In this document: in pieces, positions 48,897-63,400 of the stretch
How positions within the stretch are numbered: the first letter of the stretch is position 1
Layout: each line of letters opens with the position of its first letter
Assembly: GCA_051294375.1 (NCBI GenBank)
Contig: CM119269.1
Coordinates: 3,665,021 to 3,729,020 of the forward strand
Reading direction: 5' to 3'
Source of the DNA: Paraspadella gotoi
Lineage: Eukaryota; Animalia; Chaetognatha
Length of the DNA stretch: 64,000 nucleotides
Notes under the pieces: generated by a model
The model's input: the letters and a program-made list of their open reading frames with translations, nothing else
What the model was told of the DNA's origin: nothing
The model's database searches: none
Translations under genes and position numbers: made by a program

Positions 48897-49936
48897 ACTT
48901 TTTCATGTCAATGATAAGTCAAGAATAAAAATCGCAGTTTTTACTTCTGAGAGGATTGGGGAAACATCACTGTGAAGAGGAGGTTACCGTTGACTATAAC
49001 CAGAAGACACACTAACTTCCCTCCCAAAAAGATAACTATAAACAAGTTATTTAATAGATTTTTATTTAGTTACAAGACACATAACTAAATAAATCACTTA
49101 GATTACTCTCCCCAACTTTTTCCTCTTCCTCTTCTACCGACCAGACCTCACCGTCACAAACGGCCCTCGGTCTCTCTAGCTCTACACCGACGCCTTTCCC
49201 GGCGACGCACCCGCTCGTCGGAGGCGTCATCGCGGCGCCGCTTCCAGTTTATCCCGTCGCGGTATTCGCGTCTTCGTCGCGCGATGACGCACAGGAACGT
49301 CGGCGCCCTTTGTCCCCACCGGCTCGTCAACGGACGCATTCGGCGCCGTTTTCCTTCGTTATCGCCGCCGGATTTTCGGCGTCGTTCGTCGCGCCGTCGA
49401 CGCCACCATCCTCCGCCGCCGCCCTGCGGCGCCGCAGCCCCGCCGCCGCGCGTATGATGGCGCTGGCTAAGCCGGCTCGGCGGTTGCCTCTCGATTGGCT
49501 AAGTGTTATCGTTGACGACGCAGTTCCCATGCGGGCGATGCAGCAGCAGGTTGCAGCTGCAGAAGATGCAGCCTCCCCCCATAGTTCCGAGAGACGGCAT
49601 GAATGTGGCAGCGTCGTCGTTCTAGAGTTTATGATCAATCGTCGGTTGATAAGGTGGGTTAGCAACTTGACAGCTTATTTTAAAAATTTTTTCGATAGTG
49701 TATCTTCAATTTTTTATAAATTATTTCAATATTAGTATATATTTAAAAAATTAAATCGAAAATTTTATTATTAGTTTTTCCACAAAATAACTTACTGTGC
49801 TTTTTTTTTTTTATAATTATACCATACCAGTAAAATTGAAAAGGTTTAAAAATTAAGGTTTATTCTTCATTGGACTGTTTTTTAGTTTTTTTTCGTTAGA
49901 CTTTAAACCGGCGCTGTCATCGCATTATCCTCTTTG
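45590..49936. repeat. Inverted copy of the osr upstream region and 5' exon
   Basis: Reverse complement of ~57820-62595; overlaps 43010-45590 in inverted orientation; ends at an N gap. Confidence 0.88.
49145..49936 (+). pseudogene. osr: Partial inverted osr copy (one exon plus the start of the next), frameshifted
   Basis: Reverse complement of 43010-43851 with many indels. Confidence 0.7.
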
Positions 49937-50489
49937 NNNNNNNNNNNNNNNNNNNNNNNNNCTCTAAATGTTCTCTCCCCTTTTTTTCGCATCTAATAAC
50001 TGTTCATTGTTTTCCCATTCTTCTCCAGCACAACGCAATCCCTTCATTAAGTTTCCCCACGCCTCCAATCACCAACGCTTTACCCACGTCTGCCCTAAGT
50101 CAAACTCTCTTAGTCTGTACTGACGTTGAAAACTTTGGATAAAACTGGTCCAGCCCAATCACAACAATCACTAACCTCATCTCATTAATTAATTTTATTT
50201 AACAACCTCAATACGGAATTCTTAAACGCTGTCTCAGTTCCGCAAATGCACGACATGACCCACAGCCCTTTGTAACCAGTCACATTGTCATTGATTAAAG
50301 GACACAACCAAAGGGCAACGCTACTCCGCACCACCATATGTTCAACCACACGAATTCCCATAATTCTCCCATCAGTATTGATTCGGGGCTCCATATTCCA
50401 ACCACCCAACAAATCTAAGATCGATCCTCTCCCTGCCCATCAACCGGTTTCCCCACAATCACCCCTGGCCTTAAACGACTTTGTACTTT

Positions 50490-51133
50490 CGCCGGGCTCT
50501 GTCATGCTGGATCGAAACATTGGAAAGACGTCCTTGACTCTGTGAAACATTATGGTAATTGGAAACCATGGAAGACACTTAAGACTAAAGAAAGATCGCT
50601 TGAAGGCCTTGAGAACGTGTCCTAAGTGCCCTAGTTAATCCGTTCTCTCAAATCTCTCTCTCTCTCTGCTCTCACTCTCTCTCTCTCTCTCTCTCTCATC
50701 TCTCTCTCTGTCTCTCTCTCTCGATCGCGTCGACGCTTCCTTGCTTCATTTAAAAATAAATCATCGCGAAGACAAAACAAAGGCAAAAGGCTTGGGCGCT
50801 GCGAGCGCGTCACATAACCTTTTTCTTCTATACTGCCGGGTTTTTAATTTTTCTCTTTTAAAAAAAAAATTTCTTCTGTCGACGAGTCGTCGGCGACGGC
50901 GTCCTAGTAAGAGATCAAAAATCCTCGTGGAATGTTTTTCGTTCACACTAATTAAATTCTAGGAGTTCTTGACTCTCCAACCTGATGATATCGAAGAGAG
51001 TGATCTTTCTCAAGAGGGCTTTCTTTTAGGAGCAAGGTGTCTATTCTTAATACGAAGGAGAAGTAAGTTTGGCCTTGATTAGTTTATTAATGTAATAGGC
51101 TTATGGGCCGTTATAAGTATGGACCTCACAGGG

Positions 51134-51173
<40 letters not shown>

Positions 51174-53719
51174 TCCCCCGTTCTCTCTCTCTCTCTCTCA
51201 GTCTCTTCTCACTCCCTCACTCAAAACCGGTCACCTATACTGCTACCACATATGGTCCGAAAACTTCAAAAGGAAGCCGCGCATTCCGCTCGCCCTCGAA
51301 CGATAGGACGAGTAAAGTAAAGATGAAGGTAAGCGGTGAAAGAAAGGGAGAGTGGAGGTACAAGAAATCCTCTCTTTCTTATCTTCTCCTAAAACTTTCC
51401 CCTTTCATTTCATTGGTCGAGGGTTCTTGTTTGTCTCCGTTCGTGAATATTGTCGTTCTAGTCCCAATCGCCGACCGCGCGGATTTCGTCCGCGTCTGGC
51501 TTTCTATCGTGATTGGAACGCGAACTCATCGGGATCTTGGGTTTGCGATTCCGGCAGAAGATATCATGCCGAGAGGCACGCGCTCTCAACTTTTGAATGA
51601 AGGTAATATATGCGACGAGTGGAAGAGTCAACATTGTTCGGCAAACATGTCAACAAGGTGACTCGCGAAAAGAAGCGAGTGTCAAAATAGAAGCCTTTAA
51701 TTGGATGAGGGAAAGGCCAGGCAATTCGAGGCAGTGAAATGTGAAATCGTAGCCTTAAAATCGAAATGTTATCAAAATGTCGTTCATCGCATCCAACGAA
51801 GTCGGTTCCAACAAAGAACCGAACATACGAACTTCGTTCCAACCAAGGTCCGAAACGCTTTGGAACTCTGCGGGTGGACGTTAACCAGAAGTCGGAAACC
51901 ACAACCGCCCGCCGCCGTCCAGCTTCTGCCTGGATGCCACACTGAGTCGCTTTCACGATTCGGACAACAAGCGGAAAAGTAAACAAACAGAACCACATAG
52001 GAGGAAGGAAGAGGAGAGAAGAGAATCCAGTCTTTATAGACAATCTCTCTCTCTCTCCTCTTCTCTGTCTCTCTCTCTCTTCTCTCTCTCCTCACTCGCT
52101 CGATCATCTCTCTCTATCTCTCCTCTCTCTCTCTCTCTCTCTTCACACTTATCAAATTCGATCGGCCCCAAATTCCAGTCCTCCGCGAGTCTTCTCTGTT
52201 TGCTTTCCGTCCCTCGAAGGTTTTGCGCTTTGATGCTATCACTTAACCGTCTTTTTACTTTTCCACTCGAGGCGAGGAAAAGCAAGGAAAGGTAAACATG
52301 CGCAAGGGTCCTCGAAAGAATTTCAATTGATCAATTTGGTCAGTTCGCTTTTATTTTGCTTCAATTTCGTGACGCGCTAGTTATCTGGTCAAAATTTAGT
52401 TTTCCATATTCATAGAGTACAATGTAATATACGCTGTATTCGAGCACCAATATATTATTTTCTTTTAAATATACAAGGATATTTCCTTGAATAATAATTA
52501 ATGTTGCGAACCTTTCTTTCAGTTTCTGATAAATTATGAGAAGGAGGGTTTAGATCGTTGGTGACCTCTGGTCAAGGCGGAGAAGGGCGGGAAGGGGTTA
52601 TTTCAAACTATCACGCCTCGACTACGTTCCAAACCGTCCAACCTCCACCCTCCGAGAACCTAAGTGGTGTCCGAGGTTCATTCCACCCCGCGGCGACAAT
52701 CTAAGGTCGCGTTCCGCCGATTTGAGTCTTCGAGACTTTCTCGTTTCCTCGTCGCGGTAGGGGAGTCGTCCCGCGCGGGTGGGTGGGTGGTCGGGAAAGG
52801 TGGCAGTTGTGGTTGTGGACCAAAAGTTCTGTGTCGGAAATGTGGGCAGTTGTGGTGTTGGAAAAATTGACTGTTGAGTCGGAAATGTGGGCATGTTGTG
52901 GGTTTGGAAAGGAATTAACTGGGTGGTGGAAATGTGGGCAGGTTGTGTTTGGGAAATTAAACTGTGGTCGGAATGTGGGCTGTTGATACGGTTTGGAAAA
53001 ATTAACTGTGGTCGAAAGATGCGTCCAAGGATCAAATCGATACTATGAGAGACTGTTCGTAGCAGCGCGATCGCGCTCGTTATCACTTAAGACTGGACGT
53101 GAATTTCTGTTTGAAGAAATTGAAGTTAATATATAAAAAAATCGGTTATATATAATCATAGATGGTAACGAAAGTAAGGACAGAAGGTCGAAATTGTTCA
53201 CTTGAGGCTTACTAGGCCGCGTCGCAAAATACGCTCGAAAAGTCATTTTGCCAGTCCTCGGAAGAGGCTATTTTATAAATGATAAAAAGATCATAAAATC
53301 ACCAGCGGATATTAGAACTGACCTCACTGAGTCTAAACAGTTTCGTCTCAAACGCGATCTCTCTCTTTTCATTTAAATCGAGATTCTTCAACTTTTCCAA
53401 TTTGGAAGAAAAAGGAAAGAGCGGAAAGAAATCCGATCGAATCTTGGGGAAAGATCGCCATTGAATCACAAATCATGTACGGATGAACGTCGTCGTCGGG
53501 CGTCTTCGTCGTCGTCCTTTCCATACAATCATCAAATCGGATCGTCGTGTCTTCATCAAATCTAATCGCAGATCCTGTGTAAAACAAGATGAACAACCAT
53601 GTAGGTCGGGTTCCTTTGATCCTTTTCTTTTCAGACGCCTCTGCTATTCTTTTCTCGCTCTCTCTCTCTCCCTCTCTCTCTCTCTTCTCTCTTCTCTTCT
53701 CGTTACTTCTCTTTCTCCT

Positions 53720-53752
<33 letters not shown>

Positions 53753-56700
53753 TTCTCTCTCTCTCTGCTCTCTCTGACACCGAAGGGGAAAAAAATATTT
53801 AGTGAGAAAGGATCGGAAAATCGAAGATGCTCATCGACGTCGGAATGTCATCCCATTCGTCAAAAAAAAATGCGTCGATGGATCGAACGCTGGATTTTGA
53901 TACAGAACTTCAGATTTATTCAATGATTTATATTTTATCATGCTTTTTTTAAGTTAATTATTATTTATAGATGTTCACACGCTGCTCCTTTCGCTACCAA
54001 CCCGGAACGTGAATCGCCTTTTTTTTTCAGTTCCGCCGTTTCTTTTCTTTTTTCGATGTCTTTTTTGTTGTTGTTGTTTTGTTTTTTTTTTGCCTTTTTT
54101 AATCCTTTTCTCGTTTTTGTTTGTTTACGAATCGCGAGCGAAACTTTAATCCGGCGCGGGGAATCGGCTTCGTTTGGTGGGGGATGTAAAATGGAGCAGG
54201 TATAAAAGGCGACCAGAGGTTTTGGGGAGCCAGAGCCTAGAGGAGCGAGTGAAATGTTTTAAGAGGAGGAAAAAGTAGTCGATGTGTGGTTGCCAGGAAG
54301 TTTCGGATTGTCAGGAGTGACGGAAATGACGTTGACGTAGAAACGGGCTCACTGCCCGCCCCCCCCGGCCCGTCTACTTCTTTACATAACGGTTCTCGAG
54401 CTTTTGGACGCCAAACGACCGCCTTCATGCCCCCGAGTGGGCACGAAGAGTCTTGTTTACATTTACGTCATCGACTTCCGGCTCATTACTTGCGCACTCG
54501 TGGTCAAAAAAAATTGGGTCGACGGCACGTAGCCGTTCCGTGGCGAGACGGGCGGTGGTTGCGGAAGGGGCGGAAAGAGAGTGGGGTTGTCAGGGTGGTA
54601 GAGTGGTGGTCGGTGGAGAAGTAGAGGCGGAGGCGCAGGAGGTGGTGGCAATTTAGTGGCGACGTCCTGATTGTTTTCTTTTATTTCCTTCGCTAATGTG
54701 ATCGGCGCGCCAAATTTCCGGTGCGACTTCCTTTTACACTTTTCCACACTTAAATACTTTTCGTGCCTCGTAGCTTATCCCTCTTGTTCTTTTGCCAACT
54801 CTTTGACACTCTTTATACGAGTTTGCACTCTTTTTTCTCGCTTCTCCGGCTATTATTAATGTCCTTTGAATCTTTTTACGTAAAACTGTTGTCGACATTT
54901 TGAGCTTTCCACGACCTCTTCATTTTTATGGTCTTTTTCAGTTTATTGGCCGTAGCTTAACATAGTCTTTTGAACATGAAATTTGTTATCTAAGCCAATA
55001 TAAAAATTATCATTCATTTTAATAAATAAGCCTATCTTGCCCCTGAACTTTGGACAGGCTTTGTGGTGGTTCAAGGCCTCCATCACTCTTATAAGGATAA
55101 TATAGCAGGTCCTGCATTTTCGGCATAATTCGTTCTCCACTCTCCAACACTCGCATCCTATGATTCTACCTTTATCCCTTACTCTTTCCTCATTCTACGC
55201 CTCCGCTTCTCACCTCTCGCATCCAATTTCGTCTCGCTTTGACGAAGTGTCGAGCGGTGCGATTTTTGAACCGGAAGAGATTTTAATGAAACGAAGAGTT
55301 GACGGCGCCGAGGCAGCAGTGTTGCCGGCCGCATGCCGCAGTCGCTGCCGCAGCCGTCGCACCGCTGACCGCCACCGACTCCTGCGCTGTCTAAAGCCAC
55401 CGCAGCATGACGCACGCCAAACCGGCACACATTCTCATCGTCATCATTATCATCCTCATCATCATTCATTATCTACATCAACGTGAACAGCTGTCATCAA
55501 TCATCGGCTCTTCAATATTCGATCTTTAACGGTTTGATATCGAGACTTCTAGTGAATTAAACCTCAATAATCTGAGTCGATACGATGTTTGAAAATTGCG
55601 TTTTGCATACAGGTTTGTCACTGTTTATAGCTTGTCCGATGATCGTCCTTTGGATTCGTTACTTCGATTGACTATTTCAAAAGAACGGTGGTGAAATTCA
55701 CCAGTGCTCGTGCACCTATCGTGTCGCGGCTCGGTGAGGCCATCGTCGTCAGTTAGTCGTCGTCGTCGTTTTTGTCTTTTTGCGTCACTGCAAAAGGACA
55801 GCTCCCATCTTGCAATAGTTACTACTAAAAGAATGAAAACCAACACCGGTTCGCATTCATAATTATTATATCGATATAAAAAGCAAACAAACCATTACAA
55901 ACAAATAAATTCATCCTCATGGCCAAAAAAGGAATTTTAGTATCATTAAAATCGAGCATCACTTTAAAACTTAAACATATTAACGGAATATTATTTTTAT
56001 CGCAATCATAGAAAATTTTCACATTTCGCGTTTTTAAAGAAACATTAATGTTAGAATAAAAGGAATCACTTCTAAAATCTCATTAAAGTAATTTCGACGT
56101 ACAATTTTTTCTATTGCAAAGCTTCATTTGACAAAGCGAAACCTGCTCCTCCAATCGATATCGCCGGAAAAAATTTCTCAGGCCCAATCAAACGTTCCGA
56201 TCTGAGCATACTCGTCCTCCTCTTCGTCGTCGTCGATCGTTTGAATTCGCCAGCCCTTCCGTCGACGCCGTGAGCTGAGAGAGCGCCGCAAATCGAAAGT
56301 TGCGGCGGGAAGACTTTGCCGCAGTTGGGCAGTTGTACGGCTTGATGTCCGTTGGGTAAGAGTGAGTCTTGAGGTTGCTGCGTTGGTTGAACGTTCGTCC
56401 ACCACGTGGGGCATTGCTTGGGAGAATCCTGAGAAAAGAATAGTGAGCGGTCAGATTTAAAAAAATAGTGGTACTCCTTTTTCCCGAAGAGTGCCCCCCT
56501 TTTACATGTTCTATTTTTACAAGTTTTTTTAATTCTTTTACCTCTTAATATTTAACCTTGAACCAATCCCTAACGACTCCCTAACCTTATTGTAACACTT
56601 CCGTAATCGCTGAACATAACCAAATAACCATAAACCCATTCCCTTAATTTTCTAACCATAAATGGTTAATCTCAAACTTAAATCCTAACCCTACAATCAT

Positions 56701-57009
56701 TATACTTAATCCAGTGACTCATCTTAACTTGATTTATACCAACCTGTTGGTGCAGCGTTTGTGCCACTGCAAAGAGTTCGAGATGGCCAAAAGCCTTTTT
56801 CCCGCATTCAGTGCATTTTGAACGGCTTTGTCTTTTGAAGTGAATGTCCTGAAAACAAAATATCAAGTGAGTTGTAAAGAGATCAGTAGGGTAAAAAAAA
56901 GTTCTTTTGGCAAAATTGTTAATTTTATTGACAAAACTGACGTAACGCTATTGATTCGGTTGTTTCTTGATATAACTGATAGATATTCCACCTCTCTCTC
57001 ATCCTCTCT

Positions 57010-57040
<31 letters not shown>

Positions 57041-58917
57041 ACTCTCAATATCTCTCTCCTTCTCTCTTCGTCTCAGTCTCTCTCTCCTGCTCCTCTTCTC
57101 TATGCTTTAAGCACCTGTGATCTCTCAGGATGATCCTGCCTCTAATTGCCTTTGACAAATGTCACAAGTTGAACGGCACTCTCGTTCCTGGTGAGTTCTT
57201 TCGGGAATCAAAGGAAGATTGTTAGCTTTTAAGTGGAATCTTCTGTTTGCAATATTGCCAGATGAAACTTCTTTCTTATTCTCGTCGGTCCGCCCTCGCG
57301 GCCGTTTTCTTCCGGCGGGCACTTAACGAGCCTCCCAAAGCCGCGGCGGCGCTGCAGCGGCGTAGTTTTTAAAAGGCGGCGGCGCTAGCTTCCCGCCGTC
57401 GGCGGCGAAATACGCTCTCTGACTGTCTGTTGCTGTGGTGCTGCGCCAATAGATGGCCTAGCGTTGATGGAGATACGCCACGCGAGCGTTGTGATTAGAA
57501 CCCGGTCCCCTGAGGCCACCGTGACGTGGCTTCGCGTTGGCCTGACCTCTTGGGCGTGGTGACAGGATTCTAGCGTCGATGGCGCGCACCGAGGCCTCCG
57601 TTTCCGTTTGTCTTCGGACGGGCGGCTTCGGCGAGACGAGAGAATCGAACCGGTTGAATTTGGAGGAGAAGAGGGAGAGTGGAGGGGGACGAGAGGAAGA
57701 AGAGGAGGGGCGGAAAGGGAATGGAATGGGGAGGAAGAGGAAAGGAGAAAGCCTGGATGATGGCTAGAGGAAGGAAGAAGATTGGAGGGAGGCAGGCGGC
57801 GGAGAACCAGCGGGGAATCGCCGTGCACAGCGCCGCGTTAAGTCTAACGGAAAAAAAAATAAAGAAACAGTCAATGAGAGAATAAACCTTTAATTTTTAA
57901 CTTTCAATGTTTACTGTGTATGGTATACATTTATAAAAGAAAAAAAGAGCACAGTAAGTTATTTTGTGCGGAAAAACTAATATAAAAGTTTTTCGAATTT
58001 AATTTTTTAAATATATACTAATGATTGACAATAATTTATAAAAAATTGAAGATAACTATCGAATAATTTTTAAAATATTTTTTTAAGTACATAAGCCTGT
58101 CAAGTAGTGCAACGCCACTTATCCAACCAGGACGATTGTATCATTAACTCTAAACCGACGAAACCGCTCCACATTCACGCCGTCTTCGTCGGAACTGTAG
58201 GAGGAGGCTGGCATTTCTGGCAGCTCCACCTCTGCTGCATCGCGCCGGATCGGGACCTGCGTCGTCACGATAAGAACTTAAGCCAATCGAGAGGCAACCG
58301 CCGAGCCGGCTTACAGTCGCCATCTATACGCCGCGGCGGTGTGCTGCGAGGCGGCCGCAGGGGAGACGGCAGAGAGGATGGTGGCGTCGACTGGGGCGAC
58401 GGACGACGCCGAAAATCCTGGCGGCGATAACGAGGAAAACGGCGCCGAATCGCGTCCCGTTGACGAGCCGGTGGGGAAAAGGGCGCGCGCGACCGTTCCT
58501 GTGCGTCATCGGCGCCGACGAAGACGCGAATACCGCGACGGAGATAAACTGGAAGCGCGCCGCGAATGACGCCCCAACGAGCGGGTGGCGTGCGCCGGGA
58601 AAGGCGTCGGTTGTAGAGCTAGAAGAACGAGGCGCCGTTTGTGACGGTGAGGTCTGGTCGGAGAAGAGGAAGAGGAAAAAGTTGGGGGAGTTTATCTAAG
58701 TTGGAATTTGGAGTTTAGTTATGTGTCTTGTACTAAATAAAAATTATTAATATTGTTTATAGTATCTATTTTGGGAGGGAGTTAGTGTTGTCTCTGGTTA
58801 TTGTCAACGGTACACCTCCTCTTCACAGTGATGTTTCCCCAATCCTCTCAGAAGTAAGAAACTGCGATTTTTATCTCTTGACTTATCATGACATGAAAAC
58901 AGTGTAGAGAGAGAGAT

Positions 58918-58952
<35 letters not shown>

Positions 58953-59146
58953 TGGGGGCAGATGTCAAATATCCCTAGGAAAAGAGGGGATTTATTTAGG
59001 ATTGCCGGTACCAAGAAAAAAATGAAATAATGGAAATCGGAATCGAGAAAAAGAAAGAATACTAATCTTGAAATATCTGGACTATGTTGGGTCGTCCCAA
59101 GAAGAGAGAGAGAGAGAGGCAGAGAGAGAGAGCGAGAGCGAGAGAT

Positions 59147-59184
<38 letters not shown>

Positions 59185-60430
59185 AGAGCGAACCGCCCTC
59201 CGAAGCGACCAGTTCAAGGATTCTCGTTACACCGAGAGAAAGGAGGAGAAAGAGTCATTCGGATCTTGATTTTCGATCTTACCTAAGGGGGCTTGAAGCA
59301 TTAGCAAGGAATCTTTGGCGATTTTCAAAGGGATCTGAGCATACGATGATTGTCTTTTGAATGCATCAGTGTTGATAACGATTATTTACTACTCAAATGT
59401 TCATGTGTTCAATTATACTAATGCAGCTTATCAGTAAGACAAGCTAGATGCCCTATGTTATATTTTATAACGAATTTGAATAAAACGTTAACATTTTAAA
59501 CACCTCCCACTTTTCCGTTTCTCCTTGACCTTGGACCCGGCGGTGCTGTACCCCAACTTCTTTTTAATTTATATTTCTTTGCTTGCAATTCCATTTATCA
59601 AAACGAATTCCCCCCGCCACCCATCCCCAGCCCCTTAAACAAACCTACATACGCCCTCCTTCCTCCGTAATTTTCTGTTCGACGAAGAATTTGCGAATTG
59701 CTTATATCCCTACTAAGAGACGACACGACGACGCACGAACGACGACGCGACGAGAGACCCGGATTACGGTAGGTGTCGTTTTAACGGGGAGACTTCGAAC
59801 AGGCTTTGCCAGGAAGAGAGCGGAGGAAGAAGTTTGGGGGGGGCGAGCAAGATGGCCGGGAGTGACGAGAAAGGAAGACAGTGAAATTGAAAAAAGCGAA
59901 GGCTTATAACTTCTGTCGACTCTGAAGACAGGATTAAATCGACCCAAAGGTGAACCGAAACAACAACAACCAAAGAAAATCACAACAACTGAAAACGGAC
60001 GAAGAAAAATAAAATAAAAAAGAAAAAAACAAAGAATTTATTTTGTACATAAAACCAACGCGCTCTTTATTGCGTTACAAGTCTACGTCTTTTTCTTAAC
60101 GTTTTTTTATTAAATTTTCAATAATTTTTTTTGTCAATTTCGTCGCACGGTGACACATTTTTTAATGTTTTTGCGTTTTAAACCAGTTATACATTTTAAC
60201 ACCGTTTTTCCGTGTATATTCAGCAGTTTTCCTTCCCTTTTACATATTACCGTAGCTCAGGCGTTAAAATAATTATATATTGGTAAAAGGGATATAAGAA
60301 TTATAGCCTGTCCAAATATCAGGGGCAGATAGCTATTTAAAACTATTGATTGTTACCAGTTCATTCAATCAAAATTGACTTCCCATTAACCTCAATCTTC
60401 AAACTTAACCACCTGCCATTATTCGCTATT
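50490..60430. repeat. ~10-kb direct duplicate of ~36260-45590
   Basis: Colinear similarity with dense 1-2 bp indels. Confidence 0.9.
56188..58653 (-). pseudogene. osr: Full-length osr copy with many frameshifts (pseudogene or unpolished haplotig)
   Basis: Same exon/intron layout as 41557-43851; zinc finger exons broken by 1-bp indels. Confidence 0.75.
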
Positions 60431-63400
60431 TAGACCAATCTCCTCCCCCCCTCTCCAACTTAGCAATTCTCCCCCCTCCTTCTCCCTCTTCTCACTCTCT
60501 CTCCTTCTTCTCCTTCCTCTTCATACTCCCGCCGCCGTCGCGCGCGGAGAAAAAAAGGCCAGCGGCGGAAAAAAGATCGAATTCCGCGGAATTTGGACCG
60601 AACTTATGGGATGCTGCCCCGCACCTCTCTCCCTTCACCCTCCATCCGCCCTACCTTCTCCATCTCCCCCTTCCAAAGAAAAAGTTCCTTCCTTTCGCCT
60701 TCGATCGGAGAATATACTTGATTGCGGCGAAATTAAATACCCCGCCTGCCCCATAGCGAGGGGGACCGGGTAAAATCGAATCTCTCTTCTCTCTATCTCT
60801 CTCTCTCTCCTCTCTTACTCTCTGCTCCTCTCTCTCTACTTCTCTACCTCCATCTCTCAATGTCATTGACTGGAGAGGGGTGGTAAGAGCGTGTAGTGGG
60901 CGCTTATCTCCAAACTCGAAAAAAAGAGGCAAACTTGTTGGGCCCCCAAAAATAATTCAGATTTAGTAAAATATTTTCAATTGTAGGTATCGTATAATTT
61001 GAGGCGAGTTAAGGAATGCTGGATCGGGGGGATGTAAAAATTCGAAAATTTAACATATGAAGAGATCGGGTTCTTCCCCCATCACATTCATCTTTTCCGT
61101 AACCCCTCAGCGCATTTCTTCCTCTTTCCAACTTTCCTTGTTTTGATTTTAATTAAGTATCCATTGCACATTTCATTTAATAGTTTCAGGTTTACGCTAT
61201 ATATTGAAGTTATTAGGCCGGAACAGGTTGAAAACTAGAAGTTCTCTATCAAAGTAATAATATAAAGTATGTTAAAATATAATATTAAAATTAAATTATT
61301 ATAATATCGCAACGAAGTTAATTCATTTTATTCTTCATATAAGTTAAAAAATTTTTTTGAATTTTTCAATTTTTTATAATGGATTCTGATAGAGTTAAAG
61401 TTAAGATAAAAGGTTATTAATCTCAAATTTTTAAAATTCCTGATTGTTTTATGATAAAACATTTAAAAAATACTAACATACATATGATGGATTTGATTTT
61501 ACGTTTTTTCTGTTTTTTACAATTTGTTTGCAAAATTTAAAAAATTATATATACTTTCAAGCTCATAGTAGGGGTAACCCCCACTAGGAGTGATCAAAGA
61601 ATTATAATACATTTTTAAGTAATACTTTCAATGGACAGAAAATCTTATTGCTCTATACCCAAATAATTATTTTTAATATTTATTTATAAATAGGAAAGGC
61701 CCAAACTTTTTTTGATAATTTTAAATTTTAAGACGCAGATTCAGATAGCTCATAAAAAAGTTGTCCTACACAAAGTAATAATTCTTTTTTAAATATTTTT
61801 ATGATAAGGTGAGTCAAAAATAAGAAAAACCGTAAAAAATCTCAATCAATCATCATCATTTCGATGAATTTTATCAGTTTTTTTTGATTTTTTCACATAG
61901 AAAACGTAAGAATTTTTAAAAGCTGTAATTATATTTCCTTATTTAACTTTAATGCCATCAGAATCCATCAAAAAATTTTTAAGATTCTAAAAAAATTTTA
62001 TAATATTAAAAAAGACAAGTAATATTTATATATAAATTTTTTTGAAAATGATTTGTTAAATATTAGTCAAAGACAACTAAAAAGTATTATATAATAGTCG
62101 AAATTTTTATAATTATCTCTGAGTTGGTCCCTATCAATAGGAATCCGTTCTTAAAAACTAATTTTTTTTAAAAAAATTTTGGTAATTGTTATATATTATA
62201 AAACCCGCCAATGAACTAATTCAACATTGAAAATCGATTTAGAATAGAAGGAAAAAAAGGAATTTTTTGAGAGAATTAAAAGTTATCAAGTATTCAATTT
62301 TGGCCCGCCCTTATGGAGTATAAATTTGATCTTTTCCTGAGTCTCTTTCTGCTCTCCCTCGTTTTTCTTTCAAAATCGATCAAACCATCACCCGCTAACG
62401 CTGTCTCCGTTCCTTAAACTCACTCTCCATCCCTCCATTTTCCCTCCCTTTTTCCCCCTTTCACCCATCACCAATATAATTACAACAAAGCGTCACTTTC
62501 TGACTTTCACATAACGACAGACACTACGACGACATTCGAGAGAAACTTCACACTCGTTTATCTCTTCTTCTCCACAGATCCTCTCGTTCTTCTCATCTCT
62601 AAGTTCTCTCCCTTTTTCGGCATCTAATATGTCATGTTTTCCCAATTCCTTCTCCAGCACAACGCTTATCCCTCTCATTAAGTTTCCGCACACCTCCCAC
62701 ATCACCAACGCTTTTACCACGTCTGCCCTAATCAAACTCTCTAGTCTGTACGACGTTGAAACACTTTGGATAAAATCGGTCCGCCCAATCACAAAATCAC
62801 TAACATATTAATTATTTAAACAACCTCATCGGATTCTACGCTGTCTCAGTTCCCAAAGCACGACATGACCACAGCCCTCTGTAACCATCACATTGTCATT
62901 GACTAAAGGACACCCCAGACAAAGGCAACGCACTCCGACATCCACAATATATGTTCAATCCACACGATTCCCATAATTCTCAATTATGATTCAGGCTCAC
63001 TCCAACCACCCACAATCTAAGATCGATCCTTTCCTCTGCTACAACCGGTTCCCCACATCCTGGCCTTAACAGCTTTGGTACTAATTAGGGCTCATAGCCA
63101 CGAATACCCCACCATTTATTAGGGCTCACTGAGCGCCACCCCCTTCCTCCGCGTAATTCCTACCCACCCAACATTTTCATCCACCCCCCCTCGCTACCCC
63201 AAGAGCCTCGAACTCAATTAGTAGCTAGATTGAGGGCTCAGCTTCTTATTCTCCGTCAGAACCCTTCCCGGTTTACAAAAATCCTGGTTTTTGTTTGGAA
63301 AGCGACGATGCGGCTTCGAATTCGTGTAACGATGAGCAACACTATTCCGGCCGGGGGTTGGCGTTTAGGGAGGTGCGGAGGGTGGTGTGGAGGGGGTGGT

